Positions 27,052 through 34,425 of a stretch of 64,000 bases of DNA are shown here, piece after piece. The notes beneath the pieces are model-generated. The model was not told the origin of the DNA, made no database searches, and saw only the letters and a program-made list of their open reading frames with translations. A program made the position numbers and the translations under genes. Source of the DNA: a virus. Numbering within the stretch: the stretch's first letter is position 1; each line of letters begins with the position of its first letter. The DNA lies in IMG/VR virus record IMGVR_UViG_3300042934_000426, positions 1-64,000 of that record; one strand, given 5' to 3'.

Positions 27052-27931
27052 GATTTCGAAGTTTCGAAGGAAAGAGCTAGGCAACCCTGAAGAGCATTTG
27101 CACGACCTACTTCAGAAGCCGTTTTTGACAAAGCGAGACAAAGAGGTATTGCTGGCGGTTTATTACCATCGTTGCCTAACCACGGAACAAATAGCGGAAA
27201 TCTTTTTCAAGTACAATACGAAGGGAGAAAAGAATAATCAGTCGAATTTAATTGCCCGAAGACGACTTCGGAAGATGTTTGACGCATACCTTTTGGATAG
27301 GTTCTTCGTGGACGTGGGAGAAGGGAACGGTTCCTCTCCCGCTCATGTTATTTTAGATACGATAGGGGCGAAGGTCGTCGCGGGTCTGCTTAACTTGCCT
27401 ATGAGCGATATCAACTGGCGGTATGAAATGAACGAAGCCCGCCTTCCCTACCTAGAGCATATGGTGAAAATCAATCAGTTCTATGTATACCTACTTCGGA
27501 AGGCTCGAAATACGAAGGGCGAAGTCCTGGGCTTCCGAACCGAAAACCACGTCCGCTACGAATTTAAACATTGGAACGAACGAATTATTTTCAACCCTGA
27601 CGCCTACGGGCAATACTGGCAAGGGGACGAAGGCTTTCATTTCTTCCTAGAGCTGGATAATGGCACGATGTCCCCGAAGACCTTCGAAAAGAAGCACCAG
27701 CGCTATAGTGCTTTTTACGATTCAGGCGAATATCGGAAGCATTATGAGAACTTTCCAATTATCCTAACGGTGACGACGACCGAAGAGCGAGCGAAACAAT
27801 TACGGGATATTATTTACAAGCGGGATAATACGGATATGATATGGCTTTTTGCTTCGTGGGATAAAGTGAAGGTGAATCCGACTTCGACTATATGGCTCGG
27901 AAAAGAGAAAGACCCCGTTAGATTACTCTAA
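27026..27931 (+). CDS. Replication-relaxation (Replic_Relax) family protein
   Basis: N-terminal wHTH LTKRDKEVL...LTTEQIA...ARRRLRKM; PDAYG...FFLELDNGT...K..RY. Confidence 0.88.
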   Translation: MERFIHTRKISKFRRKELGNPEEHLHDLLQKPFLTKRDKEVLLAVYYHRCLTTEQIAEIFFKYNTKGEKNNQSNLIARRRLRKMFDAYLLDRFFVDVGEGNGSSPAHVILDTIGAKVVAGLLNLPMSDINWRYEMNEARLPYLEHMVKINQFYVYLLRKARNTKGEVLGFRTENHVRYEFKHWNERIIFNPDAYGQYWQGDEGFHFFLELDNGTMSPKTFEKKHQRYSAFYDSGEYRKHYENFPIILTVTTTEERAKQLRDIIYKRDNTDMIWLFASWDKVKVNPTSTIWLGKEKDPVRLL

Positions 27932-28295
27932 CGGGTTTTTCTCGAATGACGCACTACTCTTTTGCGTGAATTAGGTAATTGCCGTTTGGTCTTAAAGTTA
28001 TTTCCACCTTTGTCCGACCTTTATCCAACAACCTTTTTACTTCTAATAATGCTTCTTCTTGCTTTTTGTTTTGTTCTGACATTAAATTTTTCCTCCTTCG
28101 CAATTTGATTCCATTATTCTTCTTAGTACTTGGGTCTGCTCTCCCGTTCTAGTAAAACGCTATGCTTTCGAACGAGTAATAACAAGTGCTTCAGCTCGGC
28201 TCCTTCGCTTGGGTTCTCCCAATTATACGAAAAGGGCTTTTCCGATTTCTCTAGCAATACAATGGCTCGCTTCATTTCTTCGATAAGTAGTTGTT

Positions 28296-28541
28296 TCATT
28301 TGCGTTTCACCCGCTTCTCTTTACAGATTACGCTAATAGCGGTTACAACGAAGAAGATAGTGACAATGATAATAGCTAAGGCAAGACATCCCCATAAAGG
28401 AGCGGTTACCCACCACCATGACCAATTAATGAATCCCGTAAGTTTCAAGCCGATAAATAGAATGGCTAGTAGTCCTAGAAATCCGATACCTCCACCTGTG
28501 CTGTTATTGCTTTGTCTTTTGTTAGAATAGTAGTTTGTCAT
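28296..28541 (-). CDS. Small membrane protein
   Basis: GGIGFLGLLAILFIGLKLTGFINWSWWWVTAPLW, a common phage membrane family. Confidence 0.7.
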   Translation of the reverse strand: MTNYYSNKRQSNNSTGGGIGFLGLLAILFIGLKLTGFINWSWWWVTAPLWGCLALAIIIVTIFFVVTAISVICKEKRVKRK

Positions 28542-28720
28542 TATTCTCCCGTCCTTTCGATAACAGGTATGCCTACACCACTAAGATAAAGCTCTCTATC
28601 GCCCTTCCAATCGAAGCGGTGGATAGATTGTATTCTTAGTGTTCTGCCGTCTTCTAGTTGTATTTTGTGCCCTATTTCTACAGTAGACCATCTTATTTTC
28701 GCTTTGAATAGTTCTTCCAT
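28541..28720 (-). CDS. Small hypothetical protein (59 aa, not in the ORF track) flanked by 21-bp direct repeats
   Basis: MEELFKAKIRW...PVIERTGE*; TAATG-coupled at both ends. Confidence 0.6.
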   Translation of the reverse strand: MEELFKAKIRWSTVEIGHKIQLEDGRTLRIQSIHRFDWKGDRELYLSGVGIPVIERTGE

Positions 28721-30117
28721 TATTCTCCCGTCCTTTCGATTTTGATAGCTAAACGATACAAGTCTTCTTCGGTCACATCATAGAGCAAAGCTTCAATTAA
28801 TTGCTTCACCGAAGCCCCTGTAGCGTCCATTAGGTTTAATTCGAGCTTCTTTGGTGTTATACGCTTCGGAGGAACGACCACTTCTGCATTAGGTACACAT
28901 TCGGTATCTGATACCCTTAGCCATGTTTTTCTAAAGGCTTTTGCGTCTTCTTCGTCTACGTTTATTTTTAAGGTTTTTATTAGGGGTGTAGTCGGTAACT
29001 TTTCATGAAGCTCTTCGACGCTTATTCCTTTATCATGGGCTTCGATAGTCGCTTCAATGACCTCTTTCGCTATATCTTTCGTGACAATCGGTGTACGGAC
29101 AATTTGGGCTACGTCCTTCGTTACGGCTTTGTCGACCATTTCCTGAAGGTCTATTTTCCCCTTTTTTAACCGCTTGATTTGGCTCGTATACGTACGTACG
29201 GTACCAATGCTTGTCTGCAAGTGGTCAGCCAGTTCTCTTGGTTCCATCGTAGGGTAATGTTCCAGGGCATATCGTACTTTGTCTAACATCGTTTTTCCTT
29301 CTAATTGGATGGGTTTCATAGGGCTACCAGCTCCTTCGTTTTTCTCTATTTCACTTATATGGTAAACGGTGACGGGTGCTTCGTCGATGGATTCTTCTGC
29401 CTGTTCTTCCTGTGGTTTCTTTACAGCCTTAGGAAGCTTAAATATTCCTTCTCCATCAAATTCATGGGCTTCGATTAAACCCTTGGAAAGAGCCAGCTTC
29501 CGAACCTTTTTTCCGACCCGCTTCTCTAAACGGCTTATGTAGCTTTGGCTCAACCCTAATTGGTTGGATAGCTCTAGCTGGGTCAGTTTTCCTTCGTCTT
29601 CGGCTAGCATAAAGTTTTCGAAGATTCGAAATTCTCTATCGGTAAACTTTTCGCGGACAATACCAATTAGCTGACGTATCGTATCTCGTTTCTCTTGTCG
29701 TTCGATATCGTAGCTTGACTTGTCTGTCACCACATCAAGTAAGGTGAGGTCGTTACCATCGAAGTCTACGCTAATCTTGTCCTCTAATAGTGTCACATTT
29801 CGGTGTTTATTCTCCTTCCGAAGTACCATGAGAATTTCGTTGTTCATACAAGTACTAGCGTAGGTAGCAAACTTCCATCCTTTTGTCGGGTCGAACGTAT
29901 TAAAACCTTTCAATAATCCTATACTAGCTATCGAAACTAAATCGTCTTCAGGTAAGCCCGTATTACTGTAGTTTTTCACGATATGACGGGCTAACCCTAA
30001 GTTTTTTCTGAAAATGTTATTCTTAATGTCTTCTTTTCGCTCTAGGTTGGTTTCACTGTAGTAGTCTGCGAATAAGTCTTCGTTCTTCGTCTTTTTCAAG
30101 GTCTGAATACTTATCAC
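28720..30117 (-). CDS. SigE/SigK-like sporulation sigma factor with a ~200-aa C-terminal HTH extension
   Basis: EDDLVSIASIGLLKGFNTFDP..KFATYASTCMNNEILMVLR...DFDGNDLTLLDV; region 4 TQLELSNQLGLSQSYISRLEKR. Confidence 0.9.
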   Translation of the reverse strand: MISIQTLKKTKNEDLFADYYSETNLERKEDIKNNIFRKNLGLARHIVKNYSNTGLPEDDLVSIASIGLLKGFNTFDPTKGWKFATYASTCMNNEILMVLRKENKHRNVTLLEDKISVDFDGNDLTLLDVVTDKSSYDIERQEKRDTIRQLIGIVREKFTDREFRIFENFMLAEDEGKLTQLELSNQLGLSQSYISRLEKRVGKKVRKLALSKGLIEAHEFDGEGIFKLPKAVKKPQEEQAEESIDEAPVTVYHISEIEKNEGAGSPMKPIQLEGKTMLDKVRYALEHYPTMEPRELADHLQTSIGTVRTYTSQIKRLKKGKIDLQEMVDKAVTKDVAQIVRTPIVTKDIAKEVIEATIEAHDKGISVEELHEKLPTTPLIKTLKINVDEEDAKAFRKTWLRVSDTECVPNAEVVVPPKRITPKKLELNLMDATGASVKQLIEALLYDVTEEDLYRLAIKIERTGE

Positions 30118-30154
30118 AGTGTTTCCCCCTGTATTCTGTTTTCTGTTCTCTGAT

Positions 30155-30529
30155 TTAATGTAAGTTCGTTGGCTGATTTTTAATAGGTCGTGTCATAAAC
30201 CATACATGACCGTTTTCGTCGATGTACACGTCTTCTAGGTCAGGATTGAAGTCTTCGCTTTGGATGTCCAGGTCTTCCTGAAGCATTTGATAGATTTCAT
30301 CAACGTGTAGGTTATAGTCTTCTTCCCATTGGCGTATGAGCTCGTCAATCTGCCTCATTCTGCCATTGAGAACGTTTAAGTGTGTTCGAAGGGCTCTTGC
30401 GTATTCTTTATCGATATTACCCGCATAGCGTCCTCCGTGCTCGGCTTGTTGGTCGTTTGCCTTCGTGTCCTGGGTTTCCGTGTCCAGTGGTTTTTTCGAA
30501 AACATATCGACGACTTTACCTTTTTTCAT
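30155..30529 (-). CDS. Hypothetical protein
   Basis: 124-aa ORF with RBS. Confidence 0.6.
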   Translation of the reverse strand: MKKGKVVDMFSKKPLDTETQDTKANDQQAEHGGRYAGNIDKEYARALRTHLNVLNGRMRQIDELIRQWEEDYNLHVDEIYQMLQEDLDIQSEDFNPDLEDVYIDENGHVWFMTRPIKNQPTNLH

Positions 30530-30701
30530 TTAAAACAACCCCCTCTTCGTCCGTTGTGACGCTGAATCCACATTTACACGTACGAGTGAATGTTTCATCT
30601 TCGATAACTAGTGACCCTTCACCCTTGCCTAACAAGTTATTCCCACAGTCAGGACAATTACTGTACTTCTTCATCAGTTTTAAGCTTTTAATCATATTCA
30701 C
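30516..30701 (-). CDS. DUF3797-like zinc-ribbon protein
   Basis: KYSNCPDCGN..LGKGEG.L.IE..TF.RTCKCG. Confidence 0.7.
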   Translation of the reverse strand: MNMIKSLKLMKKYSNCPDCGNNLLGKGEGSLVIEDETFTRTCKCGFSVTTDEEGVVLNEKR

Positions 30702-31009
30702 GACTACCAGCTCCTTTTATTGATGACTTCCCATAATGACAAAAGCAAAAAGAATAATGATACCTAGAAACAGAATAGACAAGTCTTCTTTTTTCTTCAT
30801 ATTTACCAGCTCCTTCGGTTTCTTATCGGATTGCGATATTATTTATTTTTATTTTCTTTAATGACTTTCTCAATAACTTCGATTAATTGTGTACTACCTC
30901 CATCACTCGTATAGTAGCCATCAAAAGCATAATGGAGTTCGTCATATATTTTTTCTGCAAGTTTTTTGTCATTCATTTCCTCACTCTCCTTTTAGTGCGT
31001 AATATGATT

Positions 31010-31627
31010 CTATAGTCGCTTAATAATCGTGACCTTGACCCCATGCGTGCGTCCCCGTTGTAGTAGCGTACGGGTCGAAGCGTTGTCATAAATATCGATG
31101 ATATGTCCATTTACGGCTCCCCCTGTATCATCAGCCCTTCGAATCATTTCGGTTCCGTCAGGGAATTCAATTTTCACCCAGCTATCCAGTGGAATGACCC
31201 TTGGGTCGACCGCTATGGTCACATTGTCCTTTACGAAGCGCCCACTTTTGGTATGACCGTAGTCATTGTACCAGGTGGCTTCGAAGGCGTTACCGACGAC
31301 GGCTACCTCTCGGTAATTCCCGCCACGGCTGACTTGCTTCTTTCGTTGCTCTTCTTTTTCTTTTAATTCCTTGATTTCCGATAGAAGGTTTTCCCTTCGC
31401 TTTTGTAGCGTTTCCACCTGGACGGTAGCTTCTTGGACTTGCTTGGTTAGTTCCTGAATGACCTGGTACTGTGTTTCCATGGCTTCGTCTTTTGCTTCTA
31501 TCGTTGCGGTTAATTCGTCCACTCTGCTTTCGAGCTTCGGAATTTCGGCTAGCTGGAATGTGTTAATGAATATCACGGCTGATAGTGCCGTTATCACACC
31601 CATATAACCTAATTTTCCTGGCTTCAT
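31010..31627 (-). CDS. Membrane-anchored coiled-coil 3D-domain (lytic transglycosylase-like) protein
   Basis: N-terminal TM, coiled coil, IAVDPRVIPL...ADDTGGAVNGHIIDIY. Confidence 0.85.
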   Translation of the reverse strand: MKPGKLGYMGVITALSAVIFINTFQLAEIPKLESRVDELTATIEAKDEAMETQYQVIQELTKQVQEATVQVETLQKRRENLLSEIKELKEKEEQRKKQVSRGGNYREVAVVGNAFEATWYNDYGHTKSGRFVKDNVTIAVDPRVIPLDSWVKIEFPDGTEMIRRADDTGGAVNGHIIDIYDNASTRTLLQRGRTHGVKVTIIKRL

Positions 31628-31886
31628 TGGTACGTCCCCCTAGTGCGATTAGTGTTATGGTAAAGGGACTTCGGAAGTACGAAGTCCCTCTTTAGGTTTT
31701 AGTCTTCTAGCTTGTGTCGCTTCTCTACCCTGGCGTAGTCTACATCGGTAAAGCTGTTGTAATACTTTACTTCTTTTATAATTTCTTCGGACGAAGGGTA
31801 ATGGTTTAATGTTTCGGCTATGACCTCTTCATATTCGAATTGAGAATTTTGACGGCTAACAATAATGACGAAATATTCTTTTACCA

Positions 31887-33383
31887 TTACGCTCTCACCA
31901 CCCGATTCGTATGCTTGCAATGCGTACACTTCTTTGTATTTCCGTTGCCTAGCTTTTGGTACGTGTTTTGCTTCCCACAGTTCACACAGTCAATCGCCTT
32001 CTGATTGTCTTCGGTTAGGTATTCGGTCGCTTCCGTAGGCGCGTCGCCTTTGGCTAGAGCTAAGTCCATTCGAAGCTCCCCACCCGCTCCGAAAAGGTTA
32101 TCAGCGTTTAAAGAGGTGTCTTCGACTTCTTCGTCCGTTTCGATGGTGAAAGGGATGTCAGCTAGGAATTTCGTGTAGTCTAGCGCGCCCATTTCTACTA
32201 GGGTAATGAACCCGTTATAATCAATGCCCGCTGGTACTTTGCGGTTATCCACCACAACTTCCCCGTTATCGTCTTCGAAGACCCATTTGTTTTCTTCAGG
32301 TAGGGCTTCGACTGGCTTTACCGCTCTACCACCGTGTACTTTGCTCCAACAATGGTCGTAGAATTCACAGTAGGTTGGTTTGCTTGTCTTATGACCCCAG
32401 CTACACGGGAATCCGTCAGGCTTATCGGCACAGCGTTCAGGGAATAGTTGGGCGATAGTTGCCTGGTCGCCTTCGGCTTCCGCTTTTTCCAGCGCTTCTT
32501 TGATTGCCCATAGACGGCTGATTCGTGGTACAGCGCCTTCGATAGCTTCACCACCACCGAAGAATCGTTCGCTAGACACCATCACTCGAACGATATCACT
32601 CGCTGGCTTGCCGTGTAAGTCTTCTTCGAAGGTGTACTCTTCGCCTTCGTGCATATCCTTCCACACGATTTGAACTTCTACCGTGTCATTGTTGTCTTTG
32701 GATTCGATAAAGATAGAGCCATAAGGCGTATTGTGCATGTACATGTAGAACATGATTTGGTCGATATACCCGCCAATGTTGCTAACGTCACCTTTGTCCT
32801 TGATAGCCTTGAAGCCCCATGGGTTCATCGTCTTAATGTCTGCTACCATGGTAATCGGTACATAGTCTTCAGCGATATTTCCCTCTTCGTCGAAGATACC
32901 AATGCTATTTGCATAAGCTGGGTCTAGCTCTACGTCAATTTCCCATTGTTCGGTTTCTTCGTTGTACGTCGACCCTACCGTGACCATGTTTAACGCGTGA
33001 GCTCTAACGATATTCATATCAAGCAAGCCGTCATAATGACCCGCCCATTCCCACGGGAATTGAGCTAAGTATTCGTCATCCTTCGAAGACAGGCGTTCCT
33101 CCATGGAGATTAGGACACCCATTTGCTCCCAGGCTGTTTGGTATCGGTCATGAACAAAGTCCCCGTTTTCTAGCTGGCGAAGGTTCTGCGCTGACTTCGA
33201 TTGTTTCGGTAAGTTGTGAGCGAAAAATCCGTAAATGATTTTGCGGTCTTCCATTCCCATTTCCGAAGCTCGGAAGTAGTTCTTCGCTCCTGTGATTCCT
33301 TTCTTATCGGTGTATTGTGCTTTCACGTTTTCGTTGTGTTCCCGCTTTGCGACTTGGAAAACATCCATAGCTTTTGATAACAT
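31887..33383 (-). CDS. Cas4/RecB-like PD-(D/E)xK exonuclease with C-terminal zinc ribbon
   Basis: RASEMG, GDFVH, GHYDGL, ADIKT, QIMFYM, CEFYDHC; CVNC..CTHC. Confidence 0.75.
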   Translation of the reverse strand: MLSKAMDVFQVAKREHNENVKAQYTDKKGITGAKNYFRASEMGMEDRKIIYGFFAHNLPKQSKSAQNLRQLENGDFVHDRYQTAWEQMGVLISMEERLSSKDDEYLAQFPWEWAGHYDGLLDMNIVRAHALNMVTVGSTYNEETEQWEIDVELDPAYANSIGIFDEEGNIAEDYVPITMVADIKTMNPWGFKAIKDKGDVSNIGGYIDQIMFYMYMHNTPYGSIFIESKDNNDTVEVQIVWKDMHEGEEYTFEEDLHGKPASDIVRVMVSSERFFGGGEAIEGAVPRISRLWAIKEALEKAEAEGDQATIAQLFPERCADKPDGFPCSWGHKTSKPTYCEFYDHCWSKVHGGRAVKPVEALPEENKWVFEDDNGEVVVDNRKVPAGIDYNGFITLVEMGALDYTKFLADIPFTIETDEEVEDTSLNADNLFGAGGELRMDLALAKGDAPTEATEYLTEDNQKAIDCVNCGKQNTYQKLGNGNTKKCTHCKHTNRVVRA

Positions 33384-33610
33384 TATTCCCCAGCTCCTTC
33401 AGTATCTTCTTCTTTGGTTTCTTTTACGTCATATACGTCTACGTCGTCTAGTTGGTCTGTGCTATCTAACCAATTTCGCCAATCCATAGCGTTCTCAATG
33501 GCTTCATTTTGCTTACGCTCGGATAGAGCGTCGAATTTCTCTTCGGTCATATCTAGCTCCACTTCAAAGTTCCCACGAAGGGTTATGCTACCTGACACTT
33601 TAATACCCAT
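33383..33610 (-). CDS. Small acidic hypothetical protein
   Basis: RBS-supported ATG at 33610. Confidence 0.6.
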   Translation of the reverse strand: MGIKVSGSITLRGNFEVELDMTEEKFDALSERKQNEAIENAMDWRNWLDSTDQLDDVDVYDVKETKEEDTEGAGE

Positions 33611-33753
33611 GTTTACCAGCTCCCTCTCTTTATTCCGTACGACTTGGTACGTTTTTAATGGTATCATTATGTTTTGCATTTGTCAACAACTTTATACAAG
33701 TGTGAACAAGTTAGTTTAAGGAAAAAGCGGGTGGTTAAACCCGCTTCGGAATA

Positions 33754-34341
33754 CTACTTGTTGGTAGAACCTGAAGCCCCACGCTCCATTCCAGCTCTTC
33801 CAGCGTTCTCGAATCGTAGGATAGGGAGTAGGACGATTTGACCTAAACGCTCGAATCGATTAATATAAACGTCCTCTTTTGTATAGTTATAGAACATAAA
33901 GCCAATGTCCCCGTCATTGTCTTCGTTTCCGTAGTAATCACTTTCCACGACCCCTACCCCATTAGCTAGAAATAATCCTTTTTTCTTCGGAATACTAGAA
34001 CGAATGAATGGGAATAAGCCTTCCTCTTCGCCATTGAATTTCGCCTTGATACCTGTCGGTACGCTTTTGATTTGCCCAGGTGCGATAACAACCTCTTCGG
34101 AAGCGAAGCAATCCGCTCCGACCGCCTTCGGTGTCATATAAGTTGGTACAATTACCACGTCAGCCCCGAATAACTCTTCAACTGTTCCCTGTGCTACGGC
34201 TTCTTCGTATGCCCAATAGTCGACCATAATTTTACCTTCGACGGCTTCTAAGTAGCGTGTCATATCGCTTGTGTGTCCGAATATTGCTTGTTCTAGTCTT
34301 TCTTTTTGCTCTTCGTTGTACTGATTCATTTCTTTAAACAT
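33754..34341 (-). CDS. dut: Trimeric dUTPase
   Basis: AVGAD, RSS, GVVESDYYG, ERLGQ, RGASGST motifs. Confidence 0.92.
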   Translation of the reverse strand: MFKEMNQYNEEQKERLEQAIFGHTSDMTRYLEAVEGKIMVDYWAYEEAVAQGTVEELFGADVVIVPTYMTPKAVGADCFASEEVVIAPGQIKSVPTGIKAKFNGEEEGLFPFIRSSIPKKKGLFLANGVGVVESDYYGNEDNDGDIGFMFYNYTKEDVYINRFERLGQIVLLPILRFENAGRAGMERGASGSTNK

Positions 34342-34425
34342 TTCTCCCAGCTCCTTCAATAGAATAGGGACGGTTTCCCGTCCCTTATTAGTATACATAC
34401 GTTGTTCATTATTGTCTACGGTTGT

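Noticed and set aside
24526-27931. Complete conjugative element or ICE inserted in the phage
   Set aside because: No VirB4/VirB6/pilin genes, integrase or flanking att repeats in the window; the island carries the same iterated CTTC(N)GAAG motif and RBS style as the rest, suggesting long residence.
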